A DNA stretch of 60,685 nucleotides, the filler included, from Dugesia japonica (lineage: Eukaryota): assembly GCA_001938525.1 (NCBI GenBank). It is 5 parts of 5 records of this genome, joined end to end, with 100 filler letters (N's around TTAATTAATTAA, not from the genome) between each part and the next. Parts side by side here need not be neighbours in the genome. Positions count along the whole stretch, not along the records: positions 9,739 to 30,754 come from MQRL01603779.1; positions 30,855 to 39,433 come from MQRL01643364.1; positions 39,534 to 49,303 come from MQRL01598644.1; 2 more parts are not named here. One strand, written 5' to 3'. Positions 26,901 to 39,539 of the stretch are shown here, in pieces. The position numbers and the translations under genes were made by a program. Positions within the stretch are counted from its first letter, which is position 1. Every line of letters begins with the position of its first letter. The notes under the pieces are model-generated. The model was not told where the DNA came from. It did not search any database and saw only the letters and a program-made list of their open reading frames with translations.

Positions 26901-27759
26901 AGCGAATAAATAAAAACAAAAAGGAATAAGAATGAGAGAACTAGTAAAGAGGACAAAAACAGACGTGATAGTATTATCTAATCTACTTAACGTCAAATAG
27001 TTATTTCTGAAATTTGCCGTTAAAACTATTTGAAATTTTAAAAAAATCTTCTAAAAAATCTTTAAAAACATAACATAAACGTTTATAAAATCTTTAAAAT
27101 AAAGAAAAGCATCCATCAAAATAAAATGTATTTGTAAAGAAATTCAAATTTTCGACACTTGGCTTCTACAGGAATTCATTCATTTATTTTAATGAAATAT
27201 CAAAAATCGATCAATGGTTAAGGTCAACAATTATTCTCACAATAACTTTAATTATAAAAGTTTATAAAATCATTGAAAATTTACATATACTTTTAAAAAA
27301 TCATTGAAGAATTACATATACATTTTAATCATATTATAATATATGTAATAAAGGCATAATATGATATATTGCATGCATATTATTAATCCGTTACAAGTGC
27401 AAGATTAGTGCAATACGACTACCACTCACGTGGCATTCAAACCTAAAGCAGGAAATGTATATATGAGGAAATAATGGTTTTATACTGAGAAGTTTCATGG
27501 CCTGCTATTAATTTATTCATAGAATTACTTAGTACAACAATGATTTCGAATTCTAATATTCCGAGGAGTAACTAAATTTATTAAATTAATTTAATTATTT
27601 CAATTATATATGCTAATCCACACATTTGACTATTCATTTCAAATAATCCATTTAATTAATTCATCTTTTGCTTAATCGCCTTAAATATATCAGTCTTTCG
27701 CATAATCAGTTTATACTTAATTCCTTCTTTCAACACACATATATAAGCTCAATATTGCT

Positions 27760-28025
27760 TCAAAAAATGCCATTCGGCATAGCAGTAGCCCCAGAAACAT
27801 TCTAAAAACTAATGACGAAAGTATTTGACGGTATAAATGTAGCAATGTTATATATGGATGACATAATGTTATTCTCAGAAGGACTTAAAGAGCATTATTT
27901 AACATAAAGTCAGGTATTAGGGCGAATCTAAAAAGCAGGGCTGCGAGTGAATCCAGAAAAATGTACTCTATTACTCAAAAAAGTGGAATTTCTTAGTCAC
28001 ATAATATATAAAGAAGTAATTCGAA
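27760..28025 (+). mobile_element. Gypsy reverse transcriptase fragment
   Basis: KMPFGIAVAPETF..LYMDDIMLFS..AGLRVNPEKC..VEFLSHII. Confidence 0.85.
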
Positions 28026-29961
28026 TAGAATTCGGTGGAGACTTCAATAATAAGTATCTATTTTTCAATTTATTTCATAAGGGATAAAGATTGACGATTT
28101 TAAGCTGAATTAATAATGATCATTGAAAGATTTTATTAAATATATAGTCCAGTGGTGAAAATATTTCTTACATCTAATCAGTAGACAAGGTTAAATTAGG
28201 TCTACATTTTGGCTCCTTTAGGTGATAATTTACTCAGCACTAATCTTCATTTTCATATATTTGTTTTTCACACTTTACGGGTCTTCACTTTTTCCTAGTT
28301 TTCTCACTAGTCCTCAGACATCAATGGTTTATTCACTGTGCATTGGGATTCAATTATCAAACTACTGTTCACTAATGCTCAGTCACTCTGCTCATTGTGC
28401 ACTTGTATTCAGTCATCACTAGTTTCCACACTCTTTACAAGTCTTTACTCTTTGCTGTTCATTTTTTCAACTATTTGTAGGTCTTTCCTGTCATTTATCG
28501 GTTGTCTTTCACTATTTGATAGTATCCACTCTTCCCTAGTGTTAAATGTACTGTTTTATTATATAACCTGTTCTATATTTTTACTTGTAATTTTGAAATT
28601 AAATTAGATTTCGTTCGTACTTTAATTCGTATTCTATTTTTATCGTAAAAATTTAATTAAAGTTTTATTTACAATAGGATTGATAATTTTGAAATATTTG
28701 CAATTAATTATGAAAAATATATTCTATAATTGATTGAATAAATTAATTATGATGAATTGATTAATTTTCAATGTATAATTTGATTAAAACTATGCTTTTG
28801 TAGGTAAATTGAATAATGTTTTGAATAAAAATTTAATCGTCTTTTGAAAATAAATTAGATTTCATGTATATAATTTTATGATTAAATTTAAAATATTTTA
28901 CGGTTAAATTAAAATTATAATAGAAAATGTTTATTAATTATTGATGAAATTTTGAAATATTTNNNNNNNNNNNNNNNNNNNNNNNNNNNNNNNNNNNNNN
29001 NNNNNNNNNNNNAATTAAAATTATAATAGAAAATGTTTATTAATTATTGATGAAATTTTGAAATATTTCTAAATTAAATTAGATTTTGCAAGTATTTTTT
29101 AATTAATGTTTAATGTTTTACAGAAAAGTTTTATTAAGCACTGATTCATTGAAATAATTTCTAAACAATTATTGGAAATAACCCGTATAATTGATTGAAT
29201 AAATTAAGTATGACGAATTTAAAATTGATTTTAAAAAATTTTCATATTATTTATACAACGTGAATGGTTTCCCAGATTACTATAACAAATTCCCATAAAA
29301 AATTTTCCCATCTTAAAAAGCTTGAAAAAATATTGCTGATTAAAAAGCCTAAAACGTTTTTCGCAACCTAAAAGCCTAAAATTTTAAATTATTCATCGAA
29401 CGTTTCGAAATTCGAATCAAAATTACATAATTTATGTGCAAATTATTTCTGCCAACTAAAATTATTGGAAAAATCACCCCAATTAATCCTTTAACTATCA
29501 AATTTCATATTTTAAATTAATCTAATGACATAATTTGTGTGCAAAAGAATTTTCCAACTAAATACACAGGGAAAAATCACCCCAAATCAACAAATATTTC
29601 CTAATATGATGCAATTTTTAAATTCCAAACTAAATGCATTATGATTAAGTTTTGTTGCATCAGTAATCCTGGTAAGTTACTGAATGTGCGTAATGCAGTA
29701 ACTCACTATCCCTCTACTGCACTACTGCTTAAAAAGCCTAAAAGTATTGCCACTTTAAAATTACATAATAAAATTAATTGAGGGATTAAGTAACGAGTTC
29801 ATCAAATTCTTCAATGAATTCACATGGGGCTGAAATGCAAANNNNNNNNNNNNNNNNNNNNNNNNNNNNNNNNNNNNNNNNNNNNNNNNNNNNNNNNNNN
29901 NNNNNNNNNNNNNNNNNNNNNNNNNNNNNNNNNNNNNNNNNNNNNNNNNNNNNNNNNNNNN

Positions 29962-30200
29962 TGATTCTGAAAGTGAGAATTTAGAAACTGGAAATAATTA
30001 TTAATATGTATTTAAAGTGGATTTAAAATATCCTTATGATATAAAAATAGAAACAAAATATTATCCATTTTTATCAGGAAAAAAAGCTAATACAAATGAA
30101 TTTTGAGAATATCAAAAATCATTAATGCTTCATAATTAGACACAATTAAAATAATGAATTTAATATTGGATAAAGAACAATGTAAATCTAACAATGATAA
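29962..30200 (+). pseudogene. Polinton pPolB internal fragment
   Basis: YVFKVDLKYPYD..KYYPFL resembles the YxxEVDLEYP..DYP segment of Polinton polymerases. Confidence 0.55.
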
Positions 30201-30894
30201 ATTTGAGGATATATTTTTTAAATTATTAAATATTATTATTCTATTTCTCTAATCAAATGTAGTGTCACTTTTTCTGCATCTAAGGAGGTAACATATTTGT
30301 TAACGTCCTTAATATTTAAGCCAGTTTTAAATTTCCGTAAAATTTAACAGCACTCTCGTTTGCTGATAGCAATCTTTCATAGCTCATTTCTAAATGTAGT
30401 TCTCGTAATTTATTTAAAAACTAAAAATAATAACTTTATTTCAAGTCTTTGTATCTAAAAGGCATTCAAATTTATTTCAATGAATTGATACATTAAAACT
30501 TAGTCTGCATTGCAATTTATGGAAAGAATTATTTGTTCTCTATTTTGATTCAATTGTTCTCAGCCATTATATTTTTCTATCATCTTCTGTATATTTTTTC
30601 TGTAAATTTTATGAAAACATCCCACTTTTCGATCCCTTTAGGATAATAACTTACTTCATTTAACAATTTGTGGCTCTAAACAACTCCTCTACTTGTAAAG
30701 CTCTGTCTTTTTGGTACTATTTTTCGAAATCACTTTCATATACTTTATATCGTANNNNNNNNNNNNNNNNNNNNNNNNNNNNNNNNNNNNNNNNNNNNTT
30801 AATTAATTAANNNNNNNNNNNNNNNNNNNNNNNNNNNNNNNNNNNNNNNNNNNNACAAACAATCAATTAAAGTTATGGTTATCGTGAAAACAAC

Positions 30895-31277
30895 CAAAAG
30901 CAAATAAAAAACCAAAGTATAAAGTTGGTGATCATGTGAAAATCTCGAAAATATTAGCTTCACCATTTATCAAGAATTTCCATATTAATTGGACTGTTGA
31001 AGTGTTTTAAATAACAAAAACCAACATGAAACCAAATTCGGTCATGTATGTTATTAAAGATTTTGAAGAAAATATTGTGCAAGGAAAATTTCTATGAGCA
31101 AGAATTACACGTCATTCCACCACCAGAGATATATAGAATAGAATTACAAGTCATTCCACCACCAGAGATATATAGAATAGAATCAATAATCAAATCAAAA
31201 GAATCAGGAAAGAATAAACAATACTATGTAAAGTGGCATTAATACGAATAACCAAGTTGGATATTAACATCACAATA
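30895..31277 (+). pseudogene. Polinton integrase C-terminus with chromodomain
   Basis: KPKYKVGDHVKISK..NWTVEVF..YVIKD..GKFYEQEL..YRIESII..QYYVKW..PSWI. Confidence 0.85.
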
Positions 31278-31285
31278 AGTCAATC

Positions 31286-32804
31286 ATGAAGAAACCTCAG
31301 ATGAAATCGAGTAATTTCTATGCACTGTTACCGAGTAATAGCTGTCCACTTATTCATCCCGAAAATAATGCTAATAAATTCATTGTTGAGCTACAAAATC
31401 CAATTTATATGGATGGTAGTTGGGAAATTGCCATGATGGACTTTACTTTTGTGTATTCACCATTTTCAGTATATAGCAAATCGAAAATTGAATACATGAC
31501 TGCAAAGAATACATTGAATGAAATAACTGTAACAATCAATAACAAGGGAAAAACAATTAGTCTTGATCAAAATAAAAATTTGAAATATTTGAAAATAATC
31601 TCATAAGACTTTATTGTGATTTTTCATATGTTGTCATATTTGAAGATGCAAATATTGCACACTCATTTGAATAAGGATTTAAATCTAAACAATTATGAAA
31701 CAAATTTGGTCATATCTATAGAAACTTTGCAAATGATGAAACAATACAAAATGTAAAAATTAAAGTAGCTTATACAATGGTGAATTATCATACTTTTCAG
31801 TTAAAAGATGATATATACATATCAGAATTGGAACAATTAAGTAAATATTTGACAGAAAATTGTACTCAAATATTTAAGAAATGCCTTATAAATGCAGATA
31901 AATATTATAAATTCGAGGTACAAGATGATATCAAAAAGGTTGTTTTTGATAATGTCTTGACATAAAAACATTGGGATTAAACAAACAACAATATTCTCCT
32001 ATAGATATGAAGGAGGCGAGTTCAAAGCTATTACCAAATCGAAAATAATGAAGTGACATCAGCAAATGTTCATCTATCGTAGCCTTGTTGAACTTATAAT
32101 TGTAGGGGATGTTAGTGTACCTTTGTTGANNNNNNNNNNNNNNNNNNNNNNNNNNNNNNNNNNNNNNNNNNNNNNNNNNAATAAGGATTTAAATCTAAAC
32201 AATTATGAAACAAATTTGGTCATATCTATAGAAACTTTGCAAATGATGAAACAGTACAAAATGTAAAAATTAAAGTAGCTTATGCAATGGTGAATTATCA
32301 TACTTTTCAGTTAAAAGTTGATATATACATATCAGAATTGGAACAATTAAGTAAATATTTGACAGAAAATTGTACTCAAATATTTTAGAAATGCCTTATA
32401 AATGCAGATAAATATTTTAAATTCGAGGTACAAGATGATATCAAAAAGGTTGTATTTGATAATGTCTTGACATAAAAACATTGGGATTAAACAAACAACC
32501 ATATTCTCCTATAGATATTAAGGAGGCGAGTTCAAAGCTATTACCAAATCGAAAATAATGAAGTTACATCAGCAAATGTTCATCTATCGTAGCCTTGTTG
32601 AACTTATAATTGTAGGGGATGTTAGTGTACCTTTGTTGAAATCAATGAAGTAACACAAATAATAGTCGAGAATCTAATATATTTACCTATTGCAACATCA
32701 TGTATAAACATTATAGAAATTTATCTACGCGATGATAACGGAAACTTAATAAAGTTTCCAAGACATTCAAAAACTCATATACTCATAACATTTTAGAAAA
32801 CTAA
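31286..32804 (+). pseudogene. Polinton minor capsid protein (penton, PX); includes a gap-flanking duplicated segment
   Basis: N-terminus FYALLPSNSC..PENNANKFIVELQNPIYMDGSWEIAM; C-terminus MFIYRSLVELIIVGDVSVPLL..YLPI..IEIYLRDDNG..FRK. Confidence 0.8.
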
Positions 32805-32807
32805 GTA

Positions 32808-33238
32808 ATGAATCCTGATATTTTTTCAATGTATAGTACTGGTCAAGTAGGTGGAGAATTAGCTTACTTTCTTGGAAAACAGTATGGATCTGGTTGTTTA
32901 CGAACAATTCGCTATGCCAATTCTTAGACGTATTGGTTATTTTGGTATGTAAAAAGCTCAGGATGTACTAGTAAATAATGAGAAAATACTATCAACATTG
33001 AAATTTAATACAGTAGCTAAGCTTGGAAATGTTCTCTCATCATTATCCTAGTGGAGTAAACAGTTTGATTCTAAAAGTAGCAAACATATTATTGCAAAGT
33101 ATAACTAATAAAATACACTCAGAAATACCTAATCAAATCAAGTCAAAACATCTCAAAATCAAAGAAAACGCAAATAAATCACACTCATCGCGTATAAGCA
33201 AACGAATGAGAGGCCATAAAACCATATTTGATAAATAA
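32808..33238 (+). pseudogene. Small Polinton ORF between penton and major capsid (QxGxG-type, basic C-terminus)
   Basis: GQVGGELAYF..KQYGSG and a basic tail ending TIFDK, in the expected position within the capsid gene block. Confidence 0.55.
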
Positions 33239-33478
33239 TTTGCGGTAAAACTGAATTATGTATTTTTGATCAACAATCTCCTCAAGCTGTAATTGAAAAA
33301 GGTAGTTCCGAAGATGTCTTTGCTATGAATTCAATTTCTGAATCACAAAGTGACGTAGAGGTTTTTATATTTTATACAGAATATTTGGATTTGAATGATA
33401 CTTCATTGTATATTAAAGTGAAGGTTGTTGATAAGACTGGTAAAGATTTGGCTGACACTCATGATGCAGTTCCAAATC
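33236..33478 (+). pseudogene. Polinton major capsid protein (PY/hexon-like) N-terminus, truncated at an assembly linker
   Basis: FDQQSPQAVIEKG..EYLDLNDTSLYIKVKVVDKTG. Confidence 0.75.
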
Positions 33479-33728
33479 TTAATTAATTAATTTGACATTT
33501 TAAAATACACACATACTCGAATTTAATTGGTTAGGTTTGAAAACTTTGGTAAAAGTTATTATTATTCATCACAATTTCAAATTAATTTTAGAAAACCAGT
33601 GAACAATTCAAGAGAGCTTAAAGTAATTTATTATTATTAAAACCATTATTAACTTTTATTTTTAGTTTTATTATGAACAATCATAAACAAAATCAAAGAA
33701 AGGATAATAATTTTACCAACGAAACAGT

Positions 33729-34049
33729 ATGAACTCAGTTATAGGGAAATTTAAAAATGAGAATAAAGAGAAAAAGTATCAAGAATGGGTATTTTTGAGG
33801 CCAAAATGCTATAGCCTGCTCGGTGATAAGAGCAACATGAGAGCAAAAGGCATAACATTGAAGAAAACAGAATTTTCTCACCAGTCTTACCGTGGGTGTT
33901 ATAATGAGAACAAATCTGTCTCGGTGTAACAATTTAGGACAACCACCAAAGATTATCAATTATATAGTAAATATAATAAACACGGACGATAAGCGCGTAT
34001 GGGTAGATAAAAATAAAAGTGTCCTATATGGTTACTATAGTATTAAATA
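33729..34049 (+). pseudogene. Polinton pPolB C-terminal fragment
   Basis: IGKFKNE..EWVFLRPKCYS..RAKGI..DDKRVW..YGYY. Confidence 0.85.
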
Positions 34050-34150
34050 GTTTTTTCCATAAAACCCATAAATCTATCCAGCCTGGTCAAAACCTCAAAC
34101 AATGGTAGATATTTATTTGTTTTTAAATTTTATTTTAATTAATTTTATTT

Positions 34151-34264
34151 AATTCATTTAATATAAAAGCTTAGATCAAAATTATTGATATTGGATAACA
34201 ATTCAATAATGAATTGTTATCCAATATCAATAATTTTGATCTAAGCTTTTATATTAAATGAATT
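34151..34264. repeat. Near-perfect ~114-bp palindrome
   Basis: aattcatttaatataaaagcttagatcaaaattattgatattggataacaattca, loop ataa, then the exact reverse complement. Confidence 0.9.
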
Positions 34265-34802
34265 CTATAAAACGATCAATGGTTAGGTCCAACAATTATT
34301 CTCGTAATAATTGCAATTGTAAAATAATTTTATTTAGATTATTGTCATAAAAGAAAACAAATACATTGTAAACGTATAACCGTCTTCTTTAGGACCAAAA
34401 TCATACATTTTTTTTCGGAGAACAGGAATAACAAGTAAAACAGTAAGGAAATAAATAAATCAATAAGAAATACAAGACCTGGTAAATTTTCAATAAAAAC
34501 AAAAGATTTAAAATTAAATAATGAAATAAAATATCCAATTAATTCGAATTCAAATGGAAAATAGAAGAAATGTAGAGAAGAATGTAATACTCTTCTTCGT
34601 TAACAAAATTCTAAAAATGAGGAATATTAAAATGAAAATAAAGAAATTAATGAAAATTAAGAAGTAACTACTAATGATGAGATTAATGAAAATGATGAGT
34701 GAATAAAGTTTATAAAGCACTTTTTGTTATATGAAACTAAAAACAAAGAATCATGTGAGGGTGAGAGAATAATTGCTTATGTTACTTATAATATGCTTGT
34801 TT

Positions 34803-36788
34803 GTAGATAGATAGTAGGGGGTAAAGAGCAGCACACTACAGCCCTCCCACCGCCGTGACGTAATGACATTTAATACTAATGCATTTAGTTGGGAATTTAA
34901 AAATTGCATCATTAAGTAATTATTACGATACTGTTTTCGTATTTCCCTGCGTAATTAGTTGAGAATATTTTTTAGGCTTTTTAAGCAGTAATAATCCGGG
35001 CAAACTGATCATGTTGTTTAAATAATAATTAAAATTTTTTATAGAAATCTGAGTGAACAATCTAAATTTTTGAAAAAAAATAAAAATATGTTCTATATTT
35101 TAGATTTCAAAGATTTGTATACCAAACTGCTGAGAATTCTACGGCGAACATTTGTCACAAATAAAGGTTTTTTGAAAATGTTTTCCTTCTCAAATAGGTT
35201 AAAACGTGTCTATTTAATATAAATATTTTTGCTGAGTCAAAATAGGTTAACCTAAAACCGTCAAAGTTAACACTCAATTAATTAAATGAGGTTTTCAGAT
35301 GAAAACATCTCAAAAATCCGAGTTTAGCACTCAGAGCTCTGTGCACAGAGAACTGCTATCGACACAAATTTGGTATCATTTTACTCAGGAGGAAAAGGTG
35401 ACTGTACAAAGTTAAAATATCATCTCTGGAAAAATGCTTCATAACGAATATGTACAGCCGCACTCCCCGATTTTTTAACATTTATGAAAATATGAAAAGT
35501 AACTCAAACTTTATTGAAATTTATACTCTTCAATAGGAAATTTTACAGTTAGTACGAATAAAATGGTTAAAAAACAACAAAACTTATACATAAAAAAGTT
35601 ATAAAAAAACAAGTATTTTATTTGTGATTCCCCAAAGTCGATTATAGTTAATGAAGGGTAATTATTGCTTATTTTTTTAGTCTATTTAGCCAGTTTTCAA
35701 CTGGTGGTAAATAATAGGAAAATTTGCTAAATATAGGTAAATAAGAGGTAAATCAGGAAAATAGAGGGTAAATGATAGAAAATGACTAAAGTATGGGAAA
35801 TGGTGATGAAAATTAGTGAAAATCAATAAAACCTAGATAAATTAAGCATGTTAAATGACTGTATGTATAAAATAAATTTAATATAATTGGTGACTAGATA
35901 AACTTTATTAAATATTTTCCATGTCAAAACCCCTATTTTCCAATGGTAAAACTCGTATTGTTTATGATAAATCCATTATTTTCCAATGACGAAACTCATT
36001 TTCCATATCGAAACCGTATAATAATGTTTAAGTTATAGTATAAAATTTGATTTTACTAATAATATAACTGATAATTAGATATTTAAAAGAAAATGAAACC
36101 AATGAGAACCAAGGTGCACGCAGAGATACCAATGAGCAAGCAAAAATGAAGGTAAATAGTGAAGGATTGTATTGAAAGGGATATCTATATTTCATATGAT
36201 GAAACTCATATTTTTCATGTTGAAACCTATATTGAACGCAAATTGTAATGGACTTAATTCTTTATCCAATAAAATAAGTCATGAATTATTATTATCATTT
36301 CAAACTTAATACATAAATATAAAGAAAATATAGAAAAGTCTGACAAAATATGTTAAAATAGGGCAAAACTGGGTCAGATAGGACCAAATAGGGACAAATA
36401 GAGTCAAAAAGGTTAAATAGGTCAAAATACTGCAAAATCAAGTAAAATAGGATAAAACAGGGCAAAATATGGTATTTAGGGGTAAATAGAGAAATAATAA
36501 TAGTTATTCTTGTTATTATTATTAAAAATATATTTAAACGACACGTGGTCTATTACATAATAAGTACACACATATACTATTACGTAACCAACCACGCGAC
36601 AATTAAACTGTTACATAACAGTCACTTGTGTGTATTATATTACATAATCACTAAAGTAATAAGTAACTTATTATGTAGTAATAAATAACTAGTTGCTGTG
36701 TTACGTAATAAATTTAGGGAAAAAAATTATTTAGTTACAATAAATAAACTGCATGTGTGCTGATCTTCCCCCCTAATACCTATCTACT
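34803..36788. mobile_element. Non-autonomous element with Polinton-like (A)GTAGATAG termini
   Basis: Left end gtagatagatagtagggggtaaagagcagcacac; the right end reverse complement is agtagataggtattaggggggaagatcagcacac. Internal 10-bp periodic tracts and TTACRTAA repeats. Confidence 0.6.
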
Positions 36789-37099
36789 TGTTCTCTTTTC
36801 CAAAGTAGTTGATAAAAAACAAATCGAAAATAACTTCTTTAAACATTTAATTGAATCAACAACAACTGCAGATTATAAAAATATCAAAATTTATATTAAT
36901 TTTGTATTAAAAGTAAAATTATGAAAACAGTGACACACTAAGAGTAAATTAGATTTAGTTAATAATTTAGAATTTAATCATGTAATAATCAAAATGATTC
37001 ATTAAAAATATCTACAGGAATAATTTCAAATTTAATAAAAGTATCTGATATTGTTTTTAAATCATTACAATTTTAAATATTTCTAATGCAAAATTTAAT

Positions 37100-39300
37100 C
37101 ATAGAGTATCATTAGATTTTTCAAATGCAACAAAAATGACTTTGGAAAATAATTTATTTCCAAGTTTATTTAAATCAATAAGATTAAAATTTGGATCTAC
37201 AGAAGTAGAATATATTAATAATCCTGAAATAACATCAGCAATAAAAAATAAACGCCATTTAAAATCAAACTTTATTGTTATATATATTCAACGAATCAAT
37301 CGTCATCATCAGACAAAATTGAAATAAATGAGTTTATTTAGTCTGTATTATTCAAACAAAGATTCATGCGATTATACTGAATATAAGACGGCTATAATTC
37401 TTAATTTTTAAAATTTTTAACGACTTTTCAATAAAATTTATTTATATAATAATATTTTATTACTGTTACCTATAAAATCAAAACTTTTTTACCAACGTAT
37501 TTAAATTTTTTAATTTTAGATTATATGAAAAATTTTTAAAACCTATGAAAATTGAAATTTATTTCAAAAATAAAATAAAATAAAAACGTATGAAGTAAAA
37601 AAAAATTTTTAAAATTCACTTTCATAAATAAAATACACAACCTATAAAAATTTTTGAAAATAAATCAATATTTCAATAAAAACTGAAAAATTACTTTATA
37701 TCCAAAAATTTTTTTTAAATTTTAAAATTAATTTAGTCGAGTGAGCTGCCTGTATATTAATGATTGGATTATGAAATCTAATCATTAACGCCTCATAGTA
37801 ATTTTTAAATTGCTTAGACAAAATTTTAAAATTTGAAATTTCAACATTCGCGTTGCAATTACTTTAGGTTAGATTTCATAATCCAAGCATTAATGTACAG
37901 GCAGCTCATTCGACTAAATTAATTAAAATTTTTAAAAATATTTTTTGGATACAAAGTAATTTTTCAGTTTTTATTGAAATATTGATTTATTTGCAATATT
38001 TTATTTTTTTATTTGCAAATTTTTATAGGTTGTGTATTTTATTTATTAAAGTGAATTTTAAAAATTTTACTTACTTCATACGTTTTTATTTTATTTTATT
38101 TTTGGAAATAAATTTCAATTTTCACAGGTTTTAAAAAATTTTAATATTAAACAGTAATAAAATAGTGTTATATAAATAAATTGTATTGAAAAGTCGTTAA
38201 AAATTTAAAAAATTATGATTTTTTTTTAAAAATTAAGAATTATAGCCGCCTCATATTCAGTATAATCGCATTAATCTTTGTTGGAATAATACAGACTGAA
38301 TAAACTCATTTATTTCAATTTTGTCTGATGACGTCATCATATATTAATCCGTCGAAANNNNNNNNNNNNNNNNNNNNNNNNNNNNNNNNNNNNNNNNNNN
38401 NNNNNNNATATAACAATAAAGTTTTATTTTAAATGGCGTTACTTATTTTTTATTAAACATTTGCCATCGTTTTTTGCAAATTTCAACAATGTTAAATTTT
38501 GTATTAACTAAAGATTCAGATGGAAATATTGGTTATTATAAAAGAAAATAAAATAATACATTAAAGTTATAATTCATTATACAAAATTTGACGAATATTT
38601 TGAATTTAAAAGTTTATTTGAATTTATGGAAAGTAATAAAAGATTACTTTATATTGTTTTTATTAAATTAATTTTAATAGATAAAGAGATGATAAATTAC
38701 TTTTTTCTGGATCAATAGGAGATGCAGCTAAAGAACTCTTATAAATTTTGAATTGGGTATTTCTCAATAGACATGAAATCCTAAAATAGAACTTATTTAT
38801 TTAAAAAGAATGTCTTCTAATAAACCAATTTTAGTAAGTTAAGTTGCAAAAAAGGAAACAGGAACTCATTATTCTTTAAAAATAGGTAATTTGGCTTATA
38901 AAACAAGATATATGATAGTAGTAATAAAAGTTCAAGAAGTTTCGTTTTCAAAGAGTAATAATTTATTTCTTCAAAAAACGTCGGAGATAATAATTTAGAA
39001 ATAATTAAAATACAATTAAATAATACATACTATCCGATTAATAATATGGAATTCAGTGTTGAAAATAATGAAATAATATTTCCATAGTTGGCTTATATTA
39101 AATGTCTTAAATATTTTAATCAACCTCTTCAATTGTCATTAAAAGACTTAAAAAAAATTATATCCAATATTCTTTAAAGATGTAAGTGCTAAAACTGATA
39201 ATTTAAATATTAATAATGTGGACATAAAACTTCATAAAACAAATGATACAGATTTTAAAGGAATGATATATTAACTTATTCTTGAAGGAAAACGTATTTG
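37100..39300 (+). pseudogene. Major capsid protein of a second Polinton lineage, heavily decayed and interrupted by a foldback element
   Basis: TLENNLFPSLFKSIRLKFGSTEVEYINNP; a downstream remnant IKIQLNNTYYP follows the insertion. Confidence 0.55.
37240..38455. mobile_element. ~1.2 kb foldback (long inverted repeat) element
   Basis: The arms are reverse complements, e.g. aacgccatttaaaat / attttaaatggcgtt and aatttagtcgagtgagctgcctgta / tacaggcagctcattcgactaaatt. Centre ~37800-37860. Related arm at ~45250-45715. Confidence 0.88.
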
Positions 39301-39539
39301 AACGATAGTAGTAGGCGGTACAATAGCTTTTATAGAAAATATCAGAGGTCAAAATATTAAGTGTTTTCAATTAAAACAAACATAACATTAGAAGTTGAAT
39401 GAATACACACTAGATCAGTTGATAATTATTTTTNNNNNNNNNNNNNNNNNNNNNNNNNNNNNNNNNNNNNNNNNNNNTTAATTAATTAANNNNNNNNNNN
39501 NNNNNNNNNNNNNNNNNNNNNNNNNNNNNNNNNAATTTC

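Noticed and set aside
31670-32640. Tandem duplication within the penton gene
   Set aside because: Two ~460-bp near-identical copies flank an N gap. Most likely unmerged contig ends from alleles or sibling copies.
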